From positions 18,948 to 82,947 of the forward strand of contig DAOUPV010000004.1 of assembly GCA_030625965.1 (NCBI GenBank): 64,000 bases of DNA, in the 5' to 3' direction. Under the pieces are notes generated by a model. It did no database searches. It had not been told where the DNA came from and was given only the letters and a program-made list of their open reading frames with translations. Below, piece after piece: positions 18,054-27,427 of the stretch. The translations under genes were made by a program, and so were the position numbers. This DNA comes from Clostridia bacterium. Its GTDB lineage: Bacteria > Bacillota > TC1 > UBA5767. Numbering within the stretch: the first letter of the stretch is position 1; every line of letters begins with the position of its first letter.

Positions 18054-19148
18054 ATGACACCCAGAGAAAAAGAGATCCTGGATATGATCCGAGAAAATCC
18101 GTTGGTGTCCCAAAACGAATTGGCCAGGAGACTAGATATCACGAGAGCCTCAATAGGGGTACATATCAGCAATCTGACTAAGAAGGGTTATCTTATTGGG
18201 AAAGGCTACATCGTTAATGAAAGCCATCCTATCACTGTGATCGGCGGTGCCAACATGGATGTACAGGCCATGCCTCATAAGAGCTTGGTTATGCATGACT
18301 CCAATCCAGGCACCATCACCATGTCCCTGGGAGGTGTTGCTAGAAACATCAGTGAGAACCTGGCACTACTGGGCCTGGATGTCAGACTGGTTAGTGCAAT
18401 CGGGGAAGACGTCTTCGGCGAACGCATCGTAAGAAATGCCTTACACCGAGGGATTAATATTAAAGATATTATTCAGAGTAAGATGGGTAGTACATCGACT
18501 TATAGCTACGTGAACGGCCTGAGTGGAGACATGCTGGTTGCTGTTTCAGATATGGAAATCTTGGAAATGCTGGATGAGACTTTTCTGAGAAACAGGTTGC
18601 CCAAGATAGACAATTCAAATATAACGGTCATTGATGCCAACCTGCCGCAAAACAGCATCTCCTATCTTTGTAACAATCTCAAGAAAACCAAGATTGTGGC
18701 TGATGCCGTTTCGACTAGCAAAGCGCCGAAGCTGCGTCCTATGCTTTCCAAAATATATCTACTGAAACCGAATCTTCTGGAGGCGGAAGTGCTTTTAGAG
18801 CGCTCTATAGTTAGTAAGAAGGAAATCATTGAAGCAGGGGACGAGTTCCTGGAAAAAGGGGTTAAGAAGATTATCATATCCCTGGGTAAAGAAGGCATCT
18901 ATTATGCGGATGAGATTCACAGCTACTTCTTGAAGCCGCGCGTGGATGAAATCGTGAATACAAACGGGGCAGGTGACGCTTTTCTAGCCGCCCTGGTCTA
19001 TGCCTTGGATGCTGATTTCGATACTAAACGCATGCTGGACTTCGCACTTTCTAGTGCTGCATTAGCCAGCATGAGTGAAGAAACAATCCATCCCGACATG
19101 AGTCTTGAACGGGTGTTGGAGATGGAGAGGAGGACCCAAGTTGAATAG
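18054..19148 (+). CDS. psuK: pseudouridine kinase (PfkB family) with N-terminal winged-helix HTH
   Basis: The N-terminus MTPREKEILDMIRENPLVSQNELARRLDITRASIGVHISNL is an HTH. The PfkB signature NTNGAGDAFLAAL is present. The gene is coupled to psuG downstream. Confidence 0.8.
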   Translation: MTPREKEILDMIRENPLVSQNELARRLDITRASIGVHISNLTKKGYLIGKGYIVNESHPITVIGGANMDVQAMPHKSLVMHDSNPGTITMSLGGVARNISENLALLGLDVRLVSAIGEDVFGERIVRNALHRGINIKDIIQSKMGSTSTYSYVNGLSGDMLVAVSDMEILEMLDETFLRNRLPKIDNSNITVIDANLPQNSISYLCNNLKKTKIVADAVSTSKAPKLRPMLSKIYLLKPNLLEAEVLLERSIVSKKEIIEAGDEFLEKGVKKIIISLGKEGIYYADEIHSYFLKPRVDEIVNTNGAGDAFLAALVYALDADFDTKRMLDFALSSAALASMSEETIHPDMSLERVLEMERRTQVE

Positions 19149-20058
19149 TTATTTGAGAGTATCAGATGAGGTAGAAGAAGCTATCCGACTGAAAAAGCCG
19201 GTGGTGGCCCTCGAGTCCACGATCATATCCCATGGTATGCCATATCCCCAGAATGTAGAGACAGCTTTGACTGTTGAGCGTATCATCCGAGAGCAGGGTG
19301 TAGTTCCGGCTACCGTGGGTATCATTAGCGGTACGCTTATTGCTGGACTGAGCCAGAGTGAAATTGAACATATGGGCAAGAATGCGAGCCAGGTCCGTAA
19401 GGTGAGCAGACGCGATCTACCTGTGGTCGTGAGCCGTAAACAGGACGGTGCCACCACGGTGGCGACCACCATGATTATCGCGAAGATGGCGGGGATACGA
19501 TTTTTCGCCACCGGTGGTATCGGTGGCGTGCACCGAGGCGCGAGCCAGAGCTTCGATATTTCAGCCGACTTGATGGAATTAGCAGAAACCGAAGTGGCTG
19601 TTATCAGTTCGGGCATCAAATCGATACTGGATATCAAGGCGACCCTGGAGGTGTTGGAAACCCAGGGGGTGACCGTATTGAGTTATGGATGCGATCGTTT
19701 GCCGGCCTTCTATCTTCGGGACAGCGGTTTGGCGGTGGATGCCAGGGTGGACACGCCGGAGGAATTGGCGGCCATGGCTTATGCCAAATGGGGGATGGGT
19801 ATGAAAGGCGGTTTGCTAATCGGGAATCCGGTCCCGCCTGAATATGAGGAGCAGAAAGGCCGCATCGACGCAGCTATAAGTCTGGCGCTGGAGGAAATGG
19901 AAGCTGACCACATCAGCGGTAAGGAAGCTACCCCGTTTCTTCTGAAGAGGATCAAGGACCTTACAAACGGAGAAAGCCTGAACACCAATATCCAGTTGGT
20001 ATACAGCAATGCCAAGTTGGCAGCCCAAGTTGCCAAAGCCTATAGCCGTTATCTATGA
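19141..20058 (+). CDS. psuG: pseudouridine-5-prime-phosphate glycosidase
   Basis: PVVALESTIISHGMPYPQN and TGGIGGVHRG are IndA/PsuG blocks. The likely start is TTG 19141, 6 nt after GGAGAGGAGGA, overlapping the psuK stop. The ORF-track start 19105 lies inside psuK. Confidence 0.85.
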   Translation: MNSYLRVSDEVEEAIRLKKPVVALESTIISHGMPYPQNVETALTVERIIREQGVVPATVGIISGTLIAGLSQSEIEHMGKNASQVRKVSRRDLPVVVSRKQDGATTVATTMIIAKMAGIRFFATGGIGGVHRGASQSFDISADLMELAETEVAVISSGIKSILDIKATLEVLETQGVTVLSYGCDRLPAFYLRDSGLAVDARVDTPEELAAMAYAKWGMGMKGGLLIGNPVPPEYEEQKGRIDAAISLALEEMEADHISGKEATPFLLKRIKDLTNGESLNTNIQLVYSNAKLAAQVAKAYSRYL

Positions 20059-20070
20059 CATGGCAAAGAG

Positions 20071-20105
20071 GAAATCCGCAGATTTAATTTGCGGATTTCG
20101 TTTTA
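20071..20105 (+). terminator. Rho-independent terminator after psuG
   Basis: gaaatccgca-(9 nt)-tgcggatttc followed by gtttt. Confidence 0.75.
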
Positions 20106-20176
20106 TAAAGAATTAGGTAAAAGATGCCCGAAATTTGGAAATGGATTCGTATATATAAGTGAAAGGGCGAGCGAGG

Positions 20177-20854
20177 ATGAGTGATAGCAACCAATTAGTA
20201 TCAAGAATTGAAAGAGCCCAAGGAGGAGCGCAGGATGAGCGTGAGAAACTCCTTCAGGAATACCTGTCTTTTGTTGCGGCTACCGTATCCGAATTTACAG
20301 GGAGATACGTGACCATCGGGGACAGTGAGGAATTCACCGTGTCGCTACTGAGCATGAACAGGGCCATCGACGCCTATGATCCTGATAAGGGATCGTTGGT
20401 CAGCTTGGCCAGGTTGATGATACGCAATCGTCTGATCGACTTGAAACGAAAAGAATCCGGACAGATTCAGCCCATTGATGATGAGATGCTGGCGCGAATC
20501 TGCACAGACAGGAATCTGGAAGATGAATCAATACTGAAATTGGAGATTGGGACATACGAAAAATCCCTGCTGGAATACGGAATCGAGTTTGAAGAACTGG
20601 TTGATAACAGCCCCAGACACAGGGATACTGTTCAGAGGCTGAAGAGATTGGCCGAGCAACTCAGTGAAGATGAGTCAATCCTACGGGAAATGATGAGATT
20701 GAAGGCGTTGCCCATACGGTTGATTCGCAAGCACTATGACGTATCCGCAAAGGTATTACGAAACCACAGAGCGTATATCATCGCTTTGGTCCTGGCCAGA
20801 AGATCGGGCTCAGAAACCATACAATATTATGTGAGAACAAAGGAGGTGGAATGA
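20177..20854 (+). CDS. sigI: RNA polymerase sigma-I factor
   Basis: A sigma-70 region-2-like N-terminus and a SigI-type C-terminal domain. The gene is immediately followed by, and overlaps (ATGA), a gene with an RsgI N-terminal domain. The ATG at 20177 has an upstream GAGG. Confidence 0.8.
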   Translation: MSDSNQLVSRIERAQGGAQDEREKLLQEYLSFVAATVSEFTGRYVTIGDSEEFTVSLLSMNRAIDAYDPDKGSLVSLARLMIRNRLIDLKRKESGQIQPIDDEMLARICTDRNLEDESILKLEIGTYEKSLLEYGIEFEELVDNSPRHRDTVQRLKRLAEQLSEDESILREMMRLKALPIRLIRKHYDVSAKVLRNHRAYIIALVLARRSGSETIQYYVRTKEVE

Positions 20855-21777
20855 TGGAAAAAGCATTGGTCATGAAAGTGAAAAAAGAATATGTACTGGT
20901 GTTAGACGATCAGTCCCGCTACTTGCGTCTGAAGTACCAGCCCGGGATTCAGCCTGGCCAGCAAATCTACTATACGGAGAGGGATCTGTACAGAAAGAAA
21001 AAAGTGAATTTCCGCATAGCGATGGCTGCTACTGTTGCTGCCCTGGTTCTGGTGAGTTACACCATGATCAACCAGTTGCCGACAGCCAATGCCCTCCCTC
21101 TTATGACCGTAAGCGTTGACGTGAATCCAAGTGTAGAACTGGATGTTGATGCAGAGATGAGAGTTATGGAAATCAGGGCACTGAACCAGGATGCAGAACC
21201 CCTGATCCAGAACAGCTGGGAAGGCGAGAAATACGATACGGTGATGCATGAATATATGATAGCGTTGAAGGACAGCGGCTATCTACAGGACAACGATGAA
21301 GTCTTATTTGGTTACGCCTGGTTAGATAATGAACGGGAGCCGGACCGTACGATGCAGGGGCAACTGCAAAGGATGGGACAGGGTGCGATAGATGAAATCA
21401 ACCGGGAAATAGGTAGACAGATAGGATCCCTACATGTTCAGATCAGTGAGAAGGAACGACTGCAGGCTATGGAAAACCAGGTATCCATCGGTAAATATAC
21501 CGTAATGAACAGGTTGCGCGTGCAGACGGAACCGGGAAAGGAAGCACCGAAAGTCGAGGAACTGAACAAAGCCTATCGCAATTACTCTCAAGAGCAGGAA
21601 AAAGACAATGAGAGGCAGGAACAACAAAAAGAGGGGAACGAGGACAGCGAAAACGTGAATCAGGAACCGCAACAGGATCAGGACCAAGCTCCAGGGAATG
21701 ATCAGACACCAGTGAACAAACCGTCCGGCTCTAGTGGAGGACAGAACAGCGACAGCGGAGGCTCAGGAAAAAACTGA
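20851..21777 (+). CDS. rsgI: anti-sigma-I factor RsgI
   Basis: The cytoplasmic RsgI_N-like beta-rich start is KALVMKVKKEYVLVLDDQSRYLRLKY. A single TM helix reads FRIAMAATVAALVLVSYTMI. The juxtamembrane segment is VSVDVNPSVELDVDAEMRVMEIRALNQDAEPL. The C-terminal tail is low-complexity and rich in Q/E/N/S/G. Confidence 0.8.
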   Translation: MMEKALVMKVKKEYVLVLDDQSRYLRLKYQPGIQPGQQIYYTERDLYRKKKVNFRIAMAATVAALVLVSYTMINQLPTANALPLMTVSVDVNPSVELDVDAEMRVMEIRALNQDAEPLIQNSWEGEKYDTVMHEYMIALKDSGYLQDNDEVLFGYAWLDNEREPDRTMQGQLQRMGQGAIDEINREIGRQIGSLHVQISEKERLQAMENQVSIGKYTVMNRLRVQTEPGKEAPKVEELNKAYRNYSQEQEKDNERQEQQKEGNEDSENVNQEPQQDQDQAPGNDQTPVNKPSGSSGGQNSDSGGSGKN

Positions 21778-21823
21778 TTGGATGATTGTTATAGAAATTT
21801 GAGATTTCTGAGGAGGTAAGAAA

Positions 21824-22405
21824 ATGAAAAAGTTAACGATTTTACTAGTAGTGACATTGCTGTTGGCTATGCCGGCCACTGTACTGGCGGATACCCCCGG
21901 ACAGCAGCTGTGTGATCCGGAACAAACCCAACAGCATCTGCAGACCATGGAAGAACTGCGTCAGCGGGTGAGGGATTGCTATGATGAGAATGAATGGGGC
22001 GATATGCAGCGCATGATGCAAGAAGTGCGCAACCGCTATCAGGATATGGAGCCCATCGATCCTACCAGAATCATCTGCCGCAGCCGCTTAATCAAGTTCG
22101 ATACTCCACCTGTAATCAAGGAAGGCAGGACCTTGTTCCCGATTCGGGCATTGACGGAATCCTTCGGTGCTACCGTGGATTGGAATGAAGAGGACCGCAC
22201 GGTGACCATTGAGATCGACGGCCAGGTAATCGTATTGGATCTGGACGAAAAAGAAGCGATTGTCGACGGCGAAGTGATTCCTTTGGATACCAAACCGGAA
22301 ATCGTGTATAACCGCACCGTCGTGCCCTTGCGTTTTATCCTGGAAACCATGGGATTTGAAGTGGAGTACAATCCGGAGACAGGAACCATCGAGATCATCG
22401 AATAG
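21824..22405 (+). CDS. secreted copper-amine-oxidase N-terminal (stalk) domain protein
   Basis: Signal peptide MKKLTILLVVTLLLAMPATVLA. FPIRALTESFGATVDWNEEDRTVTI and VPLRFILETMGFEVEYN are typical Cu_amine_oxidN1 repeats. Confidence 0.75.
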   Translation: MKKLTILLVVTLLLAMPATVLADTPGQQLCDPEQTQQHLQTMEELRQRVRDCYDENEWGDMQRMMQEVRNRYQDMEPIDPTRIICRSRLIKFDTPPVIKEGRTLFPIRALTESFGATVDWNEEDRTVTIEIDGQVIVLDLDEKEAIVDGEVIPLDTKPEIVYNRTVVPLRFILETMGFEVEYNPETGTIEIIE

Positions 22406-22425
22406 CGAAAATTGAGACAGTTGTT

Positions 22426-22453
22426 AAAGGGGCAGACCACTGCCCCTTTTTTT
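22426..22453 (+). terminator. Rho-independent terminator
   Basis: ggggcag-acca-ctgcccc followed by T7. Confidence 0.85.
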
Positions 22454-22646
22454 AATGTGCATTTAACATGAATTTAGCAAATATAGAAGGATAATGAGGT
22501 ATATATCTTGAAGAATTACTTATTGGCCGATACTGGACTATTTTGGCCATGGAATTGTGATTGGTTTATCCGTTATATGAGCATCTCTTGTCTAGCAGGA
22601 CAATGCCAATAGCAGATAAATGTAATAGATTGTTCAAGGAGGAGTT

Positions 22647-23204
22647 ATGAAAGATATGTTCAAAGTTTCAACCAGAACCATTGTAGCCACTGGTCTGGGT
22701 GCTGCCATTTTTATGCTTTTATTTATGTATGTTAAAGTACCTTCTCCGGTGCCGGAGACTAGTTTTCAAACGGCTTATGGTTTAGGCGCTTTCTTTGCAA
22801 CATTGTTCGGTCCTATCGCGGGCGCGCTGATTGCATTTATCGGTCATGCGCTCAGTGATGCCGTACAGTATGGTTCACCCTGGTGGAGCTGGGTTATCGC
22901 CTCCGGAGTAGCTGGATTCATCTATGGTTTCGCCTATAAGAGTACTTCTGTTGAAGAAGGCACATTTGAAACCAAAGACATCATCCGCTTCAATGTGATA
23001 CAGATTGTCGGAAACCTGATTGCTTGGGTCATCGTAGCGCCTGTTCTGGATATTTTGATCTATGCAGAGCCAGTAAGCTTGGTATTCACCCAAGGTATCA
23101 TTGCAGCGATCATGAATTCCATCAGTGCAGGTGTCATTGGAACATTGTTGCTTATTGCCTACGCAAAAACCAGAACCAAGGAAGGTAGCCTGACTAAAAA
23201 CTAA
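22647..23204 (+). CDS. ECF transporter S (substrate-capture) component, UPF0397/HtsT-like
   Basis: 185 aa with about six TM helices. It lies directly upstream of a fused ECF A-A' ATPase and a T component. Confidence 0.75.
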   Translation: MKDMFKVSTRTIVATGLGAAIFMLLFMYVKVPSPVPETSFQTAYGLGAFFATLFGPIAGALIAFIGHALSDAVQYGSPWWSWVIASGVAGFIYGFAYKSTSVEEGTFETKDIIRFNVIQIVGNLIAWVIVAPVLDILIYAEPVSLVFTQGIIAAIMNSISAGVIGTLLLIAYAKTRTKEGSLTKN

Positions 23205-23224
23205 TACAGGGGCGGGAGAATGTT

Positions 23225-24955
23225 ATGACGAGTAAACCAATCATTTCCTTTAAAAACTTCACCTTCCAGTATTACAGCCAGGCTGAGCCAACGCTGTATG
23301 ACATCAATCTGGACATCTATCCGGGTGAGAAAATATTGATTGTAGGACCCAGTGGAAGCGGAAAGAGCACACTGGGTCATTGTTTAAATGGACTGATTCC
23401 CTTTTCATACAAAGGGAACAGTACTGGTTCCTTGACCATTAACGGACAGGAGACCAGAGAATTGGATATATTCACGCTTTCCAAAATCATCGGTACCGTA
23501 CTGCAGGATGCAGATGGCCAGTTCGTCGGATTGACCGTTGGGGAAGATATCGCCTTCGCCATGGAGAACGATTGTGTGGACACAGACACCATGCGCAAAC
23601 GCGTTAAAGATGTCTCCGCCATGGTCGATATGGATAAATTGCTTACCAGTTCCCCTTTCGAGCTGTCGGGCGGACAGAAGCAAAGGACCTCGCTGGCCGG
23701 TGTTATGATCGACGATGTGGATGTGCTTCTTTTTGATGAACCCCTGGCCAATCTGGATCCCAAGACCGGTAAGGTGGCCATTGAGATCATCGATGATATC
23801 CAGAAACAGTCCCAAAAGACGGTGATCATCATCGAACACCGGTTGGAGGACGTGCTTCACCGGAATGTGGACCGCATACTGGTTATTGACGAAGGACGCA
23901 TCATCGCGGACAAGGATGCGCACAACTTGGTGTCATCTTCCGTTCTTCTGGATACCGGTATCAGGGAACCTCTTTATGTCACGGCGCTCAAGCTGGCTGG
24001 TGTATCAGTGAAGCCTGAGATGCTGCCAGGACATATTAGCAGCATTCAGACGAAGGAAGTGGCCATGGACGTACGGAATTGGTTCAATGCCCAGGTCAAG
24101 GCCTCTCCTGAAAAAGAAGGTAGTTCCTTGCTGACCATGGAAAAGGTATCATTCTCTTATGATGGTGTAGTGCCGATACTAAAGAACATAAATTTCGATA
24201 TAGCGGAAGGCGAGATGGTGGCCATTGTCGGCAAGAATGGTGCTGGGAAATCCACCGTATCCAAGGTGCTCTGCGGCTTCGAGCTAGAGGATGAGGGCCG
24301 GGTGCTGATCCGAGGGGAAGACATCCGCAACATGACCATAAGGGAACGGGCAGAAACCATCGGACTGGTGATGCAGAATCCCAACCAGATGATTTCCAAG
24401 CCCATGATCTATGACGAGGTGGCGTTGGGACTCAGACTTAGAGGTGTACCAGAAGAAGAAATCGAACCGAGAATCAAGAAAGTGTTAGCAGTGTGCGGCC
24501 TGGCTCCATTCATAAAATGGCCTATCTCAGCACTCAGTTACGGTCAGAAGAAGCGGGTTACCATTGCCTCCATACTGGTGTTGGAACCGGACATCCTGAT
24601 ACTTGACGAACCGACGGCAGGGCAGGACTACCGGCACTATAGTGAGATTATGGAATTCTTGGTACGTATAAACAGGCTTGGAGTCACGGTCATCATGATC
24701 ACGCATGATATGCATCTGATGCTTGAATACACGCCCCGGTCCATCGTGCTAGCCGGCGGGGAAATCGTCGCAGATACCAGTGCTTCAGCGGTGCTCACGG
24801 ATGCAGATATCATCGAGAAGGCGAATCTTAAGGTGACTTCATTGTTCAACCTGGCCCAGATGGTCGGCATCCCGGATGAGACAGCATTCGTCCAGTCGTT
24901 TATCGATGTGGAAAGGAGGTTGCGTGATCATGAAGATGAAGCTGTTCAGCTATAA
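23225..24955 (+). CDS. ECF transporter fused tandem ATPase (EcfA-EcfA')
   Basis: Two Walker A sites (GPSGSGKST, GKNGAGKST). Two signature motifs (LSGGQKQR, LSYGQKKR). Two Walker B sites (LLFDEP, LILDEP). Confidence 0.9.
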   Translation: MTSKPIISFKNFTFQYYSQAEPTLYDINLDIYPGEKILIVGPSGSGKSTLGHCLNGLIPFSYKGNSTGSLTINGQETRELDIFTLSKIIGTVLQDADGQFVGLTVGEDIAFAMENDCVDTDTMRKRVKDVSAMVDMDKLLTSSPFELSGGQKQRTSLAGVMIDDVDVLLFDEPLANLDPKTGKVAIEIIDDIQKQSQKTVIIIEHRLEDVLHRNVDRILVIDEGRIIADKDAHNLVSSSVLLDTGIREPLYVTALKLAGVSVKPEMLPGHISSIQTKEVAMDVRNWFNAQVKASPEKEGSSLLTMEKVSFSYDGVVPILKNINFDIAEGEMVAIVGKNGAGKSTVSKVLCGFELEDEGRVLIRGEDIRNMTIRERAETIGLVMQNPNQMISKPMIYDEVALGLRLRGVPEEEIEPRIKKVLAVCGLAPFIKWPISALSYGQKKRVTIASILVLEPDILILDEPTAGQDYRHYSEIMEFLVRINRLGVTVIMITHDMHLMLEYTPRSIVLAGGEIVADTSASAVLTDADIIEKANLKVTSLFNLAQMVGIPDETAFVQSFIDVERRLRDHEDEAVQL

Positions 24956-25763
24956 CCTAGTCGATACCTATGTACACCGGCTTTCAGGACTTACCAAGCT
25001 GATCTGTTTTCTTCTGCTTACCTTCGCAGTTATGTTCTCCTATGATATCAGGGTGTTGATCTTTGTTCTTGCTTTTTCACTGTGGATCCTCAGGATATCC
25101 CTTATCAAGTATAAACAGATCCGCCTTATGGTTATCTATGTGGCGGTTTTTCTCATCACCAATGCAATCATAGCCTATCTTTTCGCGCCCGAGTACGGGG
25201 TTGACCTCTATGGAACTAGACATGAACTGGCACATATTCTGGGACGCTACAGCATTACCCAGGAACAGATGTTTTACCAGATGACCAAGCTGATCAAGTA
25301 TGCATCGGTCATACCTTTGGGTATCATCTTCCTGCTTACGACCAATCCCAGCGAATTCGCTTCCTCACTGAACGGAGTAGGTGTGCATTACAAGGCGGCA
25401 TTTGCCGTGGAATTGACGCTTAGGTATTTTCCAGACGTGCAGAGGGAGTACCACGATATCAGTCAGGCACAACAGGCAAGAGGACTCGAACTGTCAAGCA
25501 AGACCAAGTTAGGCACGAGATTCAAGAATTCATTACAGATTATAATACCGCTTATCTTTTCGACGCTGGACCGCATTGAGCTGATCTCCAACGCCATGGA
25601 TCTGCGGGGCTTCGGAAAACAGAAGAAAAGAACCTGGTACAACCAGCGTAGGTTGACCAAGGAGGATGTCTTGGCCATCGTGGTTTCTGTGGCTATATTC
25701 CTGTTTACCATCGCCGTATCGGTGTTCGTGAATCATAGCAGATTCTATAATCCATTCATATAA
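24930..25763 (+). CDS. ECF transporter T (transmembrane energy-coupling) component, CbiQ family
   Basis: A polytopic membrane protein with the ECF-T Ala-Arg-Gly signature (AQQARGLE) and a second AMDLRGF. ATG 24930 lies 10 nt after GAAAGGAGG and overlaps the end of the ATPase gene. Confidence 0.85.
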   Translation: MKMKLFSYNLVDTYVHRLSGLTKLICFLLLTFAVMFSYDIRVLIFVLAFSLWILRISLIKYKQIRLMVIYVAVFLITNAIIAYLFAPEYGVDLYGTRHELAHILGRYSITQEQMFYQMTKLIKYASVIPLGIIFLLTTNPSEFASSLNGVGVHYKAAFAVELTLRYFPDVQREYHDISQAQQARGLELSSKTKLGTRFKNSLQIIIPLIFSTLDRIELISNAMDLRGFGKQKKRTWYNQRRLTKEDVLAIVVSVAIFLFTIAVSVFVNHSRFYNPFI

Positions 25764-25773
25764 GGGGGAGCAA

Positions 25774-26628
25774 ATGAAACCAATTTTGGTATTTCAGACA
25801 GATTTCACTTACAAGGAAGGCGCCATCTGCGCCATGTACGGTGTCGTTAAGAGTGTGGACCGGGAACTGGAAATCATCGACGGGACCCATGAGATACCCC
25901 AGTATGACACATGGAGTGCTTCCTACCGGTTGTTCCAGTCCATGAAGTTCTGGCCTGATGGAACGGTTTTCGTATCGGTGGTGGATCCCGGTGTGGGCAC
26001 ACCCAGGAAAGCTTCTGTAGCCAAGACTTCAGATGGATACTACGTGGTCACTCCAGATAACGGTTCTTTAACCCACCTGAAAAGATGGGTGGGCATTGAA
26101 GAAATCCGTGAAATCGACGAATCAGTCAACCGCTTGCGCGGCAAGGATACGGAAGGGGTGGCAATCTTCCATGGTCGCGATCTGTTTGGCTACTGTGCGG
26201 CCAGATTGGCCAGCGGTATCATCAGCTTCGGAGAAGTTGGACCCAGCTATCCTGTGGACGAGATCGTGGAACATGAGCTCCGGGAGCCCGAGATGAAAGA
26301 CGGCGTAATGCATGCTCATATTGAGATTGGAGACCCCAATTTCGGTAACCTGTGGACCAATGTGCCCCTGAATACTTTTACATCTGCCGGTTTCGCTTAT
26401 GGCGAGCATATTCAATTGGTCATCCGATATCAGGGTGAGGAGCGTTTCAATAAGGTTCTTCTGTTCGAGAAATCCTTCGGTTACGCTGACAAAGGCCAGC
26501 CCATGATCTATAACAACGAGCTGATGCGCATCGCACTCGCGGTAAATCAGGGAAGTTTTGAGAAAACATATGACCTGGGATATGGAGAAGGATGGACCTT
26601 GGAATTCAGGAAGTTCGTCCATGATTGA
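25774..26628 (+). CDS. SAM hydroxide adenosyltransferase family protein (DUF62; fluorinase/chlorinase fold), copy 1
   Basis: FQTDFTYKEGA, VSVVDPGVGTPRK, VTPDNGSLT and IFHGRDLF are the conserved DUF62/SalL/FlA-fold blocks. Confidence 0.85.
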   Translation: MKPILVFQTDFTYKEGAICAMYGVVKSVDRELEIIDGTHEIPQYDTWSASYRLFQSMKFWPDGTVFVSVVDPGVGTPRKASVAKTSDGYYVVTPDNGSLTHLKRWVGIEEIREIDESVNRLRGKDTEGVAIFHGRDLFGYCAARLASGIISFGEVGPSYPVDEIVEHELREPEMKDGVMHAHIEIGDPNFGNLWTNVPLNTFTSAGFAYGEHIQLVIRYQGEERFNKVLLFEKSFGYADKGQPMIYNNELMRIALAVNQGSFEKTYDLGYGEGWTLEFRKFVHD

Positions 26629-27427
26629 GAAAGCTCAGACCATAAATGAATCGGCAATCTTGGAGTATTGCAGAAAGGAACCGGAACTCAATATCTTCCT
26701 AATAGGGGATATATTGAATTATGGGTTCGACCAACCCTTTCAAGAAATTTATATGGCCAGCGACCAGGGTGGACTCTATGCTGTCATCCTGCGCTACTAT
26801 CGCAATCATATCGTCTACACCCAGGATGAAAAACACGGATTAGAGGAAGTGGCGGACTTTCTGAATATGCAGAAGCCTGAAGTGCTGTCTGCCAAACGGG
26901 AGATCATCGACCGTTTGCTGCCGAAACTCACATCGCCCCATACCAGGAGGGATATGCTTTTTAGCCGTTTGCTGGATTCTTCAAAGCTCCTTGCGGAGAC
27001 GGGTGAGGTGCAAAAAGCTCATATGGAGGAAGCGAAACATATTGCTGAGGTCATGGGAGAAATCGATGAGTTTAAAGTGCTCTATGCGGATATCCTAGAG
27101 GAGAGGGCGGGACAGATTGAAAACCGAATTTTGTCGGGGGAAGGGGTACATCTTTTCATCAGACGGAATGACGAGATCATTGCGCATGCCAATTCAACGG
27201 CAGAGACTACGGACTCGGGGATTATAGCCGGTGTGTTCACGATACCATCGGTACGTCGCCAAGGTTACGCCAAGAAAGTGGTTTCGGCGCTATGCTCGGA
27301 TATGTTATCCCGTGGGAAAACTCCGTGTCTTTTCTATGATAATGAGCAAGCCGGTGCCCTATACAATATGTTGGGTTTCCAGTTGAGTGGCTACTGGAGT
27401 GTATTAGGAGGAAATGAAGATGAATAA
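26621..27427 (+). CDS. GNAT family N-acetyltransferase
   Basis: VRRQGYAKKVV is acetyl-CoA-binding motif A. The start ATG overlaps the DUF62 stop (ATGATTGA). Confidence 0.75.
   Translation: MIEKAQTINESAILEYCRKEPELNIFLIGDILNYGFDQPFQEIYMASDQGGLYAVILRYYRNHIVYTQDEKHGLEEVADFLNMQKPEVLSAKREIIDRLLPKLTSPHTRRDMLFSRLLDSSKLLAETGEVQKAHMEEAKHIAEVMGEIDEFKVLYADILEERAGQIENRILSGEGVHLFIRRNDEIIAHANSTAETTDSGIIAGVFTIPSVRRQGYAKKVVSALCSDMLSRGKTPCLFYDNEQAGALYNMLGFQLSGYWSVLGGNEDE

Noticed and set aside
20105-20176. Possible sigma-I-type autoregulatory promoter (GCCC ... CGTA) upstream of sigI
   Set aside because: The match to the remembered sigma-I consensus (C-rich -35, CGWA -10) is short and its spacing is uncertain. 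It is too weak to annotate as a feature.
22454-22646. 190-nt leader upstream of the ECF S component, examined for a riboswitch
   Set aside because: Only short 5-bp stems are visible. I recognise no conserved core (SAM, THF, preQ1, TPP, FMN, cobalamin). It cannot be called without covariation analysis.
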